Shown: piece after piece, positions 14,131-27,818 of the stretch
Layout of the letters: each line of letters starts with the position of its first letter
How positions within the stretch are numbered: position 1 is the stretch's first letter
Assembly (NCBI GenBank): GCA_043228905.1
Contig: JBHGNT010000007.1
Span: 7,316,001 to 7,380,000, forward strand
Direction: 5' to 3'
DNA length: 64,000 bases
Origin: Azolla caroliniana
Lineage: Eukaryota; Plantae; Polypodiophyta
Notes under the pieces: generated by a model
Database searches by the model: none
Told to the model about the DNA's origin: nothing
Seen by the model: only the letters and a program-made list of their open reading frames with translations
Made by a program: the position numbers and the translations under genes

Positions 14131-17100
14131 GTGCTTCGGAGGGTCACGGAAGAAGCACTTCGGTTCCAAAAACAACAAGTTTCTGACAAGGGAAGTAGTC
14201 TGACGAGCCTGCAAGAGGTAGAATCGCGACTGCGGACACTTGCCGAAGGCAACGGAGACTCGGAAGCATTCTCGCCCTTAGAGTTGGAATCGGATAGTGA
14301 ACATAGCGTTCAGTCGAATTACAAAAGCAGTCATGACCTCTGAATGATCCGAAGGACGATGAATAAGACGGCTCATTGACACCACCCGCGGAGAAAGCGA
14401 AAATCCGCGCACCAACACCACCCCTGGAGAAAGCAGAAAACCTCGCTTCGACACCACCCACGGAGAAAGTGGAAAACCGCACACCAACACCACCCATGGA
14501 GAAAGTGGAAAACCGTGCACCAACACCACCCGTAGAGCATGAACTAGACCACACATCTCCGGTACAACCTTCCGAAGACTACACCATGTCATACCCGTAT
14601 CTGAAGTACCATGATGACCCTGACGTGAAGGCGCACGTCTATGCGTTCCTACAAACATGGGAAGCGAATCATGTGTCCCAAAGGTTGACCGAACCGGAAG
14701 CCGAACGGTCAAAAAGTGCCGAATTCGGCATGACATTAGAGGAACTAGCGGCCCGTTGGCACGCAAAGCACCTACCCGGAAACTTTGCCACATTTGAGGC
14801 CTTGAAAACAAAATTCCTCCGACTAGGCAAGTGGAACAACACGAACTAGTCGGTCAATTTTACACAACCCACCAAGAGGAGCAAGAGACAGTGCCCCAAA
14901 TTATCATTTGATTTCAAACACAACACAGCCAGTTAACAAGGGCACCTCCGAAGGAGGAAGCAAAAGCGGTGTTTCTGGCCACTCTACGGGAACCCCTCCG
15001 AACGATGTGTGCGGTACTAGATTTCTAGGCCAACATAATGGATCAAGTCATCGATCGGGTGCTAGAAATGGATAAACATAGTTCCCTGATGACGATGGGA
15101 GCCTTGCAAAGGGCCCTTCCAAATAAGGAGGATCTCAGGTTTCGCCAGGCGTTGCAATGCACAATGTGTCTAAACTTGGGCCATTCGACGGTAGACTGCA
15201 CAATGAGGACGCAGTGTATGATATGCCACTCACGGGCACACACAACGGACCGATGCGAGTACAACCTGCTCAACCGACAAGCGGCACCAGTGTGGAACAT
15301 TGAACCACATAGCAGTCACAAACCGGACAACGAACGGTTCCGGAGGGAGGACCGATACCGACCAGAAAGTGGGGATCGGTACAATGATAGAAGATGCGAC
15401 GACTATGAGCGCGATCGCGACGACCGACGCAGGGAAGGCTACAACCGAGATCGGTATGTACAAGACTACTCCCTGGATTACGACTGGAGAAGGGATGCTT
15501 ATGACCAGGACTAGTACGATAGGAACAAGGATTATAACGGTGACCGGTATGATAGCGATTACTCTCCAAGCTACAACCAGAGGAGAGAGGATCAACGAGG
15601 AGACTACGAAGACTGGCACCGGTAGGGTTACAAGAACAACCGACGCTTTATTAAGAAACGGAACCCTCGGAAAGAGGATCGTCGGGAGCCGGCAAAGGAG
15701 TACCAACGCAAGCCGGATAAAGGCATAAGTAACGTCCAACCAGAACAAAGAAGAACAGAAGAATCTAACCGAGCGGTAACAGGATTTCAACTGGGTACTA
15801 GGCCAAAAGCAGAATCTAGCAATACCCGGAAGGCGTATTGTTACTATTGCCTCCAAGAAGGCCATTATAGCAACCAATGTCCGGTTAAAAGTAATGATAA
15901 ACGACCGACAGTCAATATGGTGGTAGCAGAAGTAGCGGATATACAACAAGTCACCACCAGATCAAAAGGAAAGACGGTAGAGTGGGAAGCACAAGAGGCC
16001 ATACGAAAACAGTCCACCGAATGGATTGAAAAGGCCAACGAACGCAATGTCACCGAATTGAAAGAGCACACGAATATTGTGGAGGAACTCATCGTAAAGG
16101 CACAACCGGAGAACCCCACGTGGCAAGCACTTTAGGAATGCCAAATCACATTACCACTGGGCCGATTACTACAACTAGTGCCCCAGTTCACAGACGGGTT
16201 GCAATCGGCGTTGGCTCCGTTAAGTCCTGCACCGGCTTTGGCATTCTTTTCAAATCCAGAGGAAGGACTGGCAGTGGTGGACACCAGTAGTTCGGCAATC
16301 ACTACGATTATTAAAGGACGGGAGCTACCAGGTACGATAGTCGATGGCAGATCAGGAGTAAATGTGATAAGCCTCCGAATATGCGACACTTTGGGAATTC
16401 AAGAGTGGGACCATACCCATTCTGGCTCCGGACGACGGACACCAGCTCAATCCGACCGGCCGGCTTGATCTGAGACTTGGAGCTGATGATCGGAGAACAT
16501 GCTTTCCGAATTTCTGCAGTAGTCCTCTAGCTGAACGCTCAAGGGGCATACCCACTGTTGTTGGGACGACCATGGCTGAGGATTGCCCATATCAAACAAA
16601 ACTGGCAGAAGAACAATATTATGTTCCGAAGAGGGAAAATGAAAGTAAGAGTACCCATGCAACCACAAGCAGGCCCCAACAAAGACGTAACCCCACTATA
16701 TGCCGAAAACGTGAACATGTTAGCGGGACTGGCCGACGAGGAGGTGGATCGCTACCTTGAAGAGAACCCAAGGATAGTCCCTCTATTCGAAGTGGACATG
16801 GCAAAAGCGGTATCTCCATATATTGTGCAGACGGAAGAGGCCGGTGAGGAACCAGATAAGGATGCAATCCGGGAACTGCGGCAAGCATAGGAAGCCTTGG
16901 AATGGGAAATGGCGGTATCCCAACGAGTAAAGGCGTCCCAACTAGAAGAAGTAAATTTGGGCACCGGAGAGGAAGCGCGTCCGGTACACATGGCCAAGGA
17001 GATGTCACTGGAAGACAAATCGGCAATGAAAACATTATTAAAAGAGTTCTGGGATGTATTCGTCTGGTCCTACGAAGATATGTGGGCACTTGACCCCCAA

Positions 17101-19740
17101 CCTCAGCAAGGACGCTAAGTCGATGGCACAACGACGCTATCGGATGAACCCAAACTACGCGGCAAGAGTAAAGGAAGAAATTGACAAGCTACTCTGGGTC
17201 GGCTTTATCCGGCCGGTGAAGAAAGCCACTTGGTTAAGTCCAATATTCGTAGTGCCGAAGAAGAACGGCAAGATTCGTGTCTGCGTGGATTACTGAAAAT
17301 TGAACGCGACGACAGTTACCGACACATTTCCGCTCCCGTTTATGGATGGAGTTTTAGATGCGGTAGCCGAGCACGAGGTTTATAGCTTCCTCGATGGTTT
17401 CAGCGGATATAACGAAATAAGGATGCACCCGGAAGATCAAGAAAAGACGACATTCGTGACAGAATGGGGAGTCTTTGTAGCAATTGTAATGGTTTTCGAA
17501 CTCAAGACGACGCCGGCAACCTTTCAGAGGATTATTATGGAAATATTTGGAGAATTCATACCGGCATTTATGCAGGTATTCCTGGATGACTTCGCAGTAT
17601 ATAGCTAGAAAGGGGAACATCTCGACCATCTCAGGTTATGCTTAGAAAAGTGCAGAGGATACCGGTTAAGCTTAAACCCGACAAAATGTGTCTTCGGTGT
17701 GATCACCGACACATTGCTGGGTCGAATTGTTAGCAAAGAAGGGATTCTCGTGGACCCGAATAAGGTCAAGGCTATTTTGCAGGCATTGGCACCGACAACC
17801 GCCAAGGCTTTAAGCCAGTTTGTAGGACAGATCTGGTGGCATAGTCGGATGCTTCGGTACTTAGCAGACCTTGCCACGCCACTACATGCAATTGTACACC
17901 GGACACCGTTTAAATGGACGGATGAAAAGGACAAGGCTTACCGCGCACTCAAGGTAATGTTGTCACAAGCACCAGTGGTACAACCCCCAAACTGGTCAAA
18001 AGAGTTCCATGTCTTCATGGACACGTCGGATATCGCAATCGACAGCGTACTCATGCAACTTACCGAACCTAAGTGGTATCGGCTGCTGTACTACGCTAGC
18101 CAGAAGTTGTCAAAGGCAGAGCGAAATTATTCCACTACGGAAAGAGAAGCCCTAGGAATGATATATAGTGTCACCAAATACCGTCATTATTTGTTGGGCC
18201 GCAAGTTTTCATTCCATGTAGACCATTCAATGCTTTTATACTTGGTCTCGAAGGCATCACTCACCGGCAAGCTGGCCTAGTGGACAGTATTATTACAAGA
18301 ATTTGAATTTGAGATCAATCACCGGCCGGGTATACAACATGTGGTTTCCGATTACTTGAGCTGGTTAGAATCCGGAGAGATCGGTGACAGTGTTCAAGAT
18401 GAATTTCCGGATGCCGAATTGTTTAAAATTACAGCGGAAACCATGGTAGATGGGACAGTCGCAGACAAGGACAAATGGCTAACGAATATGCACCAGTTCT
18501 TAAGCACTAGACTACCCCCCAGAGGAGATGAATTGGGATGAACGTAAACGATTGGTGGTGCAAAGTTGACACTTTTGTCTATTGCAGGATACATTGTATC
18601 ATAAAGGAGCGGACGACATATGGCGGCGAGCGGTCCAGAGTGATGAAAAAGACACCATTTTACGGGAAGCGCATTGTGGGGTCGCCGGAGGACATTATTC
18701 CAGAGAAGCTACGGAAGGGAAAATATGGCGCAACGGCTTATGGTGGCCAATGACACTAATGAACTCGGTCCGATATACGAAGGAATGTGATCTGTGTCAA
18801 AGAATGGGCCAACCAAGGGAACAAGCGTGCATGTCGCACCAGTCGGTACTACCTCTAGAGCCATTCTAAAAATGGGGGTTGGACTTCGTTGGACCATTCA
18901 AGCCACCGGCAATGCGAACCGACAACAGGTACATAATTGTCACCACTGACTATTGTACAAAATGGGTGGAAGCCAAAGCACTACGTGACAATACCGCGAC
19001 GTCAACAACAAAGTTCCTGTACGAGTACATCTGGTGCCGGTATGGATGTCCAATCGAATTAATCGGCGACCAAGGTGGACACTTCCTCGGCCAAGTGGTG
19101 AAAGCCTAACAACATTTTATGTGGTCGTACACAAGCGAAGCACCCCTTATTACCTGCAGGCCAATGGATTGGCCGAGTTCACTAATAAAACTCTGCATAA
19201 CATTCTCCAGAAGATTGTCAATGAGAATCGAACCGATTGGGATACAAAGTTGCACAACGCGTTATGGGCTTACTGGACGACATACAAAACAAGTATCCGA
19301 ACAACACCATTTTGGTTAGCGTTTGGTCTCAAAGCAGTGATGCCAATAGAATTCTAGATTCCAAGCTTACAGATACAGGTCCGGGAGCGGCTAAGCGAGA
19401 AGGAGTCAGAAAAAATCCGGTTCGCAACACTATGCGAGCTTGAGGAGCACCGAATAGCGAGCCTAATGCAGATGGAACTCGAGCAACGATGAAGGAAAGC
19501 ATTTGTCGACTGCCACCGAAAGGGTAACGAGAAGATATTTGGAATCGGCAAGCCGGTACTAGTGTTCCAAACCCAGATGGGCAAGATGTCGGGGAAGCTA
19601 CGGTTCTAGTGGACCGGACCATATTGGATAACGCGAGAGTTCAAGGGCCCATATCAGATGGGAACGCTAGCCGACGAGGTGCTAGACAAGTGGGTAAATG
19701 GGTTCTGACTTAAACCATATTATGGACCCATGCCACATAA
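14131..19740 (+). pseudogene. gag-pol polyprotein of the gypsy element (disrupted)
   Basis: Chain of ORFs 14376-14849, 15038-15514, 15917-16135, 16178-16468, 16558-17118, 17054-17608, 17699-18280, 18582-19109 and 19034-19357 in PR-RT-RH-INT order. Confidence 0.88.
14378..14536 (+). repeat. 36-bp tandem repeat encoding TPPxEKxENRAP units in gag
   Basis: About 4.5 copies of acaccacccxxggagaaagxggaaaaccgcxcacca. Confidence 0.85.
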
Positions 19741-20179
19741 CCCGTTTCATCAACCGGAGAACAATGCAAAAATAGGCAGCGGCAAGCAGTTGGCCGACAA
19801 CCATGAAGAAAAACAGACAAGGGAGCCGGGGTTACCAAGTAACCGGAACTAAAAAAAAGAAAAAGAAAAAGAAAAAGAGATCATCATACAGAGGCGAGGA
19901 GTGAACGGCCACCTCGAAAAGGCGTGCAATTGGCTATTTAAAGCCTAGTTAAAGCGCACCACGTGTCACACAATTGCTATTATAGTACACGTCGTGCATG
20001 CACAGGAATCGAGAAAAGGCGCCAAGCATGGGAACACGAAACCTCTGCCTCGCAGAGTCTCTCTCATTTCGCGAACACAGAGCATTGAGCGCACAAAGGA
20101 CAATAAAAGTGAGCAGACGGACGCAAGAAGCACATACAAGCACATCAGCCCTACCTACCCCCGCAGAACCAGACGACAA

Positions 20180-22915
20180 GATGGAACCTATGGCACTTTC
20201 CGAAACAGCCAAGAAATGAGGCTTCCTGAGGATAGCAGAGGCACTGCCGCACGACGAAGCAGAAGAAGTCGTGCATAAAATCAACACAGAAGTCATAACG
20301 AAGGAAGCAATCCGCGCTCTGATCGAATTGCCAGAAGGGGGCATCTACTCCATCAAGAACCCTTCTCCTGAAATGCTAACCAAGTTTTTTGGCGATTATT
20401 CCCTCGCCAGTAAGGCTCACCGGACACAGGGCGGCGAGGACCCCTTGTTCAGAGAAGTGGCTCGTGTCCTCCACGAGTATGGGTTCGTGTACCCCCGACC
20501 CCCGACAATGCCAAAGAGCAAAGCCGGTTTCACCATTGCTACATACACAGGGGTGCAAGTGGATTGGTCGGTAATCATTGCCGATTGCTTGCGGATGGCG
20601 ATAGAATCAGTGCAGAATGACAATAAAGTATGGACGGTCGTGGCTCAATGGCTAACTCTCTTGGCACCCCCGGTGGAGCCGGTAAAGACTAAGAAGCGGG
20701 TTCGAGTAACGGAGACCACGCCCAACAAACCTTCAAAACGGCAGCAACTCCTAGCCAAGCACACGCCCGGATGGAAAGAGGGCAGTACCTCGCAGAAAGG
20801 GAAAGAACCGCCTAGCCGGAAGCAGCAAGCAGAGACAGAGACACCGGTGGAGCCACCAGTAAGGCCTCTAAAAATCAAGTTGCGCCGATAGGAACAAGAG
20901 CCGGACCCCTTGGCAATGAAGATCAATATCAGAACCCAAGAGGAGGAGGCGGAGGAAGACCCCGCCGATAACCTCCTACGTCGCCAGAAGTGTAGCGACG
21001 CGGAGCAGAAGGGGGACGAATCGGGTCCGGTGAAGGACAACGCACCGACATCCCGTTCCGAGGGACCGGAGCCAAGGAAGGAGGCGGAACCAGTTCAACT
21101 AGAACCGATGAAAGAGTTACCTGTGCGGCAAGAAGCAACAGTGTTAGTGGCCCAAGAACCGGTAATCGAATTGCCTACCTCACCGGGGCAGCAAGCGCAG
21201 CAAGAGGAGGAGTTGTCTCTATAGTTAACAATCCAAAAAGGGCTTCCTGCGAGAATAGAGGCCACGCCACAACCAGAACCGGTACGACAACAAGGCACCC
21301 CAATAGTCAATGGCTACGGTGGATCGGCGAACAGGTGGCCAGGGTTGTGTGCCAAATAGAAATGGAGGAGAGGGCACAGGGGAACCGGTTGTTCGCCACA
21401 ACCGAAGAACTTGAGAAGGCTTGGTCGAGGATCCGGAGCATGGAAGAAGAAATTGCATAGGTCAAGATAGAGGCATCTAAGCAGGTCATAGAAGGACCAA
21501 TACTACCAGAACCGGTGGCTCCAATGAATGTGCAAAACAATAAGACGCCGGTAACTGAAATAGCACTGGATACAAATAAGGCACAAGAACAAGAACTCGC
21601 CACTCTCAAAGAGGAATTAGCAGCCCAAGAGGCCTTAAGGGCTAGAGAATGAGACTTGAAGAAGGAGGCGGAGGAGGAACAACGGAAAATGGTAGAGAAC
21701 CTCCGAAAAGCCGAGGACAATCTACGGAAGGGTCATCAAGCATATAACCGATTGAAGGAAGAAAAAGAAAAGTTGTTGCAAGAAAAGGACAAACTCCGGC
21801 GATCGGTGGAAGTCGAGATCAAGAGGCTCCAAGAAGAACTCCAGCAACAGAAGGACCATGAGGACCGGGCCCAACGCAAAGTAAATCAAAAGTTGAAACA
21901 GGAAACAAAGGATTTTGACAGGTTGCACCGGGATCACAAGCACCTAGAGGCAGAAAACAAGAAATTGATGGCAGAATATGCAGGAACTCCGGGATGAAGT
22001 CAACAGGACGAAAACAACATTGGCAGAAGAAAGGGCCAAGGGAGTTGAAGCGGCAAAGGACATAATGGAGCTTACCTTGCAACATCATGAGGAGATGGAA
22101 CGAGCAAAGATGGTTCTGAACAAAGTTCAGACAACTTATCAGACGCAACTGATGCAGTATCAGGGACAAGCTGAGGCAACCGTGAGCCTCATAAAGCAAT
22201 TAAAGGATGAAAAGCAGGCCGCGGAGGATAAGTCAAAGATGGGACTTGGTCGTATTTGAGACATTGTACTGACATGGAGGGACCGGACGAAGAGGTTAGT
22301 CGAAGAAAGTTCAGTACAGTGGTGGTCCAAATGGGCAAAGTAGGCAATCGAGTTGTAGGTCCTACAAGTGGATGCGGAGAACCGGCAAAAGGACGACGAT
22401 AACTTCTACAAACTGGACACAGAAAGCGTTGTGACCATACGGGAGAAGTTGTCGGATGACCTCCTGTCCTTGGCCGGAGAGCAACTGGTGGCGGTGGGCC
22501 AGCTGGTGGGACAACTGGATGACGACCAGTTGTATACCCAACTCCAGTTTGAGCAATACGAACGGGAGCGGAGACGCCAAATGGCAGTTAGAAGAACGGT
22601 GACGAAGAGCAATCTCTGGAGCAGACGCTGAACGCAGCCGAAACCGGAGGGAGCCAGCCAAATGAAGCTCAAATGGAGCAATTGAATGTAGCCAACCCGC
22701 AAGAGCCAGTGCAAACCAAACGTTAGGAGCAGGAGGAGCCCAGAACAAATGAGCCGGAGACGGAAGCCCGGAAGGGGCTAGAGTTGGAAGGGACTGGAGC
22801 CAAAAAGGAGGAGCAAGCTGGAGAGCAACAACAACCACAACAAACGGAGCAACTACCCGAAGAACCTCTAGAACCCTTGGACCAAAGCATTCTGGACATT
22901 TTGACAGGCGATTGA
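20180..22915 (+). pseudogene. Extra ORF between integrase and 3' LTR (globular N-terminus, P/E/K-rich linker, long coiled coil)
   Basis: ORFs 19998-20219, 20271-20891, 20910-21224, 21978-22259 and 22368-22631 share one frame; 21656-21997 is shifted. Coding-like E/K/Q-rich heptads run up to the PPT. Confidence 0.72.
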
Positions 22916-23439
22916 AAAGGGCTAACTGTGGGTTCAACGTACAATGTACTGTCCCACAGGCGTGCCATGTGTTGGCCAGCAAGACCAAAGGGCCGATTAG
23001 AGTCCAGAATGTGAAAGGGATATTTAATTAGGGATCGGGAGTTGTAATTAATAAGTATTATGTTATTTTGAGAAGTGGGCAGACGGACCAGAATCGGTAT
23101 GCTTATTCGGATCCAGACCGGATCATTGCTGGTTCTTGGTTGGCACCGGTTTGTAACTCAGTCGAAGAACTATAAAAGGACCCGACAAGAATGTAATCAA
23201 GGACGAATAATTAATAGAAGCATTGATGTTTACATATCGTTTAGTGTCTATTTGGTTACCGTTCTATGCTTAATATAATTAATCTTACGTGTGTGTTACG
23301 ATCATTAACAGTGCCAATTAGTTACCAGTTAAGACCCATTTGATACCACGGTCTATCCATATCTCACTGTATCACCCTTTGGTGAAGTGTTCCATAGGGA
23401 CACCCTGTGTTAGGGCTTGTCTAGCCTAAAGGATAACAC

Positions 23440-24230
23440 GTCTCTCATAAGATTGCTTCTTTCTCGTCACTCCATACTGCGCGTCGCCATATGCCATCGG
23501 CTCCCATATGGTACAATGTATCCTACACCAAAAAAAGTGTCGGCTTTGGGCCACAAGGCATTTCCGTTCATCCCGGTTAGGTTCTTCCAAAGGTAATCCG
23601 GTACTCAGGAACTGGTGCATGTCAGTGAGCCACTTATCTTCTTCGGCCATTGTCTCATCTACAATTGTCTCCATGGTAACCCCGAATAGCTCGGCATCCG
23701 GTAACTCATCTCGGACTCCATCACTTGCTTCGCCGAATTCTAGCTAGCTCAAGTAGTCTGCCACTACATGTTGTACCCCCGATCGATGGTAGATCTTAAA
23801 TTCAAACTCTTGTAGTAGTAGTGTCCATCTTGCTAGCTTACCAGTTAATGATGCCTTGGATACCAAATAGAGTAGCGTCGAGTGGTCCACGTGGAATGAA
23901 AACTTTCGTCCTAACAAATAGTGGCGGTACTTCGTGACATTGTACACCATCCCCAATGCTTCTCTCTCTATTGTGGAATTGTTTCGTTCGGCTTTTGACA
24001 GTTTCCAGCTTGCATAGTATACCGGCCGGTACCACTTCGGCTCTATGAGCTGCATAAGAACCCTCCCGATTGTTATGTCTGACGCATCAACAAACACATG
24101 AAAATCCTTTGACCAATCAGGAGGTTGTACCACCGGAGCTTGTGACAACATTACTTTCAGCGCTTGATAAGCCTTCTCCTCTTGCTCCGTCCATTGGAAT
24201 GGTACGCGGTGCACGACTACATGCAACTGA
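23440..24230 (-). mobile_element. Inverted RNase H/integrase-junction fragment from another copy of the same gypsy family
   Basis: ORFs 23744-24247 and 23426-23674 (KAYQALKVMLSQAPVVQPPDWSKDFHVFVDASD...EREALG...DKWLTDMHQFLSTG) are paralogous to 17870-18680. Confidence 0.88.
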
Positions 24231-24582
24231 TATCGTGTGGAATGCATTTGAATGACAAGTTGTACCTAATTTGAAAATCCCCTAAATTGAGATGTCATAC
24301 CATCAAATTTCATAGGTCGAATGTTGTTTCAAAGCCACCAACACAAACTTTAATTGTTGTACGCATCTTGTGAACTCAACATGTTGTTGTTTTTCCACAA
24401 TCAACTTTTGGAGATCCTCAAACCATCGTTGATTCTCCATCTCAAGAGTCACAAATTTGGTTTTAAGGCTTTCTAATTTAGAGAAAACAATAATAAAATT
24501 GTGTTGGCTAACAACGGCCATAGTCATATAGGGCTTAGGAAGTGGCTAAGGATTCAGGAAAGGGGTAAATTCCGGTTCAAAC

Positions 24583-24936
24583 TGTCAGAACTAAGACAAG
24601 ATTGCCATTAGAAAGAGCAAGAAAAAGGGTGATGAATGATAGAGATAAACGAGATAGTTATGGATAGAGCAAGTGAGAGACTATGAAAGGAAATATGTAT
24701 TAAGATAAAGAGAAACGAGAGAGAGCTTACTTGGAGGACTTGAGATTGGTGTTGAACGTGAATGGTTCGACAAGAGTGACGAGGTTTCATTGTATAGTGG
24801 GTCATGGGGAATTCTAGGGTTTTTTAGAATGTTCCAAGAAGTTGTAGGAAGTTCTAGAATGTCCCAAGATGTTATAGGAATATCTAGGAGGTTCGAGAAT
24901 GTTCTAGGATTTTACCAATTATGATATTATATTACA
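24583..24936. mobile_element. Probable LTR remnant with ~10-bp gttctaggaa-type tandem repeats
   Basis: TG start, degenerate repeats at 24810-24910, CA end; no matching TSD found. Confidence 0.4.
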
Positions 24937-25528
24937 ATGTAATAAATATAAGTCATTGGCATATATACACATAAGTTACAAGTTTGAGCCTTGCCATCAC
25001 ATGGTGTCCATCACACTATGATTGTTTGTGGAAGTGGGGTAGCCCGAAATGCTCCCATCCAATGTCAAGCTACGCATGGTAGACGCGTCTATACAATGAC
25101 CTAGAAAGGTATGGTGTCTGCCCATAAATTCACAATGTATGGAGTTGAGTTTTCACTCACCTTCGTTGTTACAAATCTCACCAACCAAGTCGCTTACGAG
25201 TGTTTGCTAGGGTGACCCTTCCTTCAAGTAAGTCAATTGGTCATGGATTTCGGTAATGTCATGATCTATACATGGAAAATGAATAAGACCTTTTGGGTAC
25301 ATGTCTATACCCAAAAAGGGCATGAACAAGAAGAAATCTTGCTAATGGACAATCTCTCAAAAATGATAAAAGATGAAACAAACCTTCTCACATGCCAACC
25401 TACTCGAGATGGTCTTGTGATCACCATCCAAATTAGAAACCACACTCATGATTGCAATGTTGACCAATGCTTACCAGTCGATTGTTCGATATGGTGATCA
25501 AATATGTGCAAAAATATGTATGAGGACT

Positions 25529-26250
25529 TGTCGGTAAATGTGCACAACAAACGACACAGATATGTAACAATGAGAAGAAACAATAGATCGACAGAGACTG
25601 AAGCTTCAATGGAAGTTCTTGTTATTCTACAACTCTCTCTCTACAAGACTCAAGATACAAGAAGATCAAGCAGCCCGTATTACAACGTTAGGTTAGGGCT
25701 TATATACACAAGCCCTAACTATTGGACGTGTTCACACCAATAAGGATACAAAGTGGAAGGAGTCGGCCTTTTATGCCAACAAACTACCCCGTAAAAGGAC
25801 TACTCTTTCCTGCATGTACAAGTGATTGGGGTTATCTCCCCCGCAAACTTAGATTACAACTTGATCTAAATTTATATTGCAAGTTAGTCGGCATATAACT
25901 GAGTCGACAAAGGTAGAATAAATATCTAGCCTGATTTGGCTAGTCATTCAGATCGGTTTGTCCGAAACAGTTGGATTACCATCTGTTCCTTGATCGGCTC
26001 TATTTGGCTCGGTCGCTTGTCGTAGTCCCATCTTTGTTCTTAGTGCTCCGAAGCATTGATCTGGGAGTGACTTCGTCAGGAAATCAACAATGTTCACCTC
26101 AATGTCAATCTTCCGGACTTCAAGCTTCTTTTCGATTACTAGCTCCCGGATGTGATGATATCGCACCTCAATATGCTTTGTCTTCACATGATAGACATGA
26201 TTATTGATGAGGTTTATTGCGCTCTGTGAGTAGTAGTAGATGGTCATCCC
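25529..26250 (-). mobile_element. Ty1/copia 3' end: RNase H C-terminus, PPT-like tract and short 3' LTR (25529-25781)
   Basis: ORF 25948-26247 reads YYYSQSAINLINNHVYHVKTKHIEVRYHHIRE (copia RH). LTR tgtcgg...gccaaca is followed by aactaccccg. Confidence 0.78.
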
Positions 26251-26283
26251 TGGTCGGTTGGTTCAGCTCTTAGCCGGGAAGTC

Positions 26284-26653
26284 TGTTGGGAAACAGGTTC
26301 CTCCGGATGAGAACTAGATGAGCCAGATCAGACAATTAAAAAGTCATCAGAACTATTTTTACTACAAGAAAAGTAACTAGCTTCTTCTTTTTTGTGTGAG
26401 TGGGCGGAGAGCATGGAGATTTCTAGCTCTCCAGCCACGTAGGAAGGAACTAGATTGGATGGATCCAAAAGGAGTTCGGCCAGATCCGGTATAAACCAGT
26501 AAATAGGAACATATTAGTAAATATGTTCAGACATGACCATTGAGGTCATATTTGTAAATAGCCCCCAAAGTTATATAAATGTAAATATAACTAGGGCAAT
26601 ATTGTTTTGTATGTAGATCATCATTATATTTGTTGCTATCATCATCCTTGTTG

Positions 26654-26715
<62 letters not shown>

Positions 26716-27750
26716 AAGTTGTTCTGTTGTAATCGCTGGTAGGCGAAGATAGAGCTCGAGGTAGTTGCCTCTGAGTCTCTCATTGTACCCTTCCTCTCAT
26801 AGTGATCTCTCATAGTGATAGTTGGAGTCTGTGGGCTCCCGTGGTTTTTCCCGATTAGGGTTTTCCACATAAACATTCGGTGTCATCTCTATTGTCTGTG
26901 AAAGTGCATTGCTATTTTCTATTTATTTCTTCCATCGTGAGTTTGAGTCTCAGTTGTGGTTGAGCGTTATTCCGCTCAATTTGGTATCAGAGCATGGAAG
27001 ATCCATTCGGTGGCATGTTCAAGCTCACCGGCTCCAACTACCCAGTGTGGAAGTCGAAGATGAGGTACATGTTGGTGATTAAAGATCTCTGGTTGCAGAT
27101 ACAATTTGGAGACAAAAGACCAGACAAGATCGATGCCATGACCTGGGAAGTAATGCACGTGAAAATGACGACATACATTCAATGCTTCAGCGACATGAGC
27201 TTATACAATAATTTTAATGAAGAGAACAAGGCCAATGAGCTTTGGGAGAAGATTGGCACGATGTTGGAGAACAAGAATGTCGTAAATCAGGTCTCGGTAT
27301 TCCGGAAGATTGTGAGGCTCTGGTATCAAGACGACGCCAACATGGCAAAGCATATGAACACCTTCCAAGGGCTGATAAACCAGACTACCTCACTCATAGT
27401 ATCGTTAGTCAATGAGGTACTGGCACTGTTATTGCACGGATCCCTCCCCGATAGCTGGGAGACATTGGTTGTCACTATGGGCAATGCCAGACCGGAAGGG
27501 AAACACCTATCCCTGGCGAGAGTTAAGTCAAGTTTGCTAAACGAAGAAGCTCGTCAGAAGGATCGTGAGTATGGAATCGATCTGAAGGCCTTGATTACGG
27601 AAGACGACCATAACTGGGGAAGAGGCCAGAATCGGAGTCGCTAGAACCGGGACAAATCGGGGATGAGGTCGAAGTCAAGGGGATGGCCCACTTGCTTTTA
27701 TTGCGGAAAGCCGAGGCACTTCTAGAAGAATTACTGACACTTCCAAAAAG
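26284..27750 (+). mobile_element. Truncated Ty1/copia: 5' LTR (26284-26978), PBS-iMet and gag
   Basis: tgttggg...ccgctca, then PBS tggtatcagagc at 26982-26993 and ATG at 26994. Gag KLTGSNYPVWKSKM...LPDSWETLVVT...CFYCGKPRHF is homologous to the gag of the 54-59 kb copia. Confidence 0.88.
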
Positions 27751-27818
27751 CCATATTAATGAAAGTTGCCAAGTCTATTTAGTGAATTTGTCACTTTCTT
27801 AATTAACTTATTTAGTTA

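Larger units (their letters stand above)
13487..23439 (+). mobile_element. Decayed non-chromovirus Ty3/gypsy LTR retrotransposon (Athila/Tat/Selgy-like) with gag-PR-RT-RH-INT and an extra downstream ORF
   Basis: LTR pair 13487-13957 (5'-clipped) and 22927-23439. PBS tggcgaccaca at 13963-13973 (tRNA-Arg type) and PPT gaaaagggg before 22927. Motifs: zinc knuckles, PR TIVDGRSGVNVI, RT YSFLDGFSGYNEI and VFLDDFAVYS, RH NYSTTEREALG, INT HCGVAGGH..CDLCQR..DFVGP. Many stops. Confidence 0.92.
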
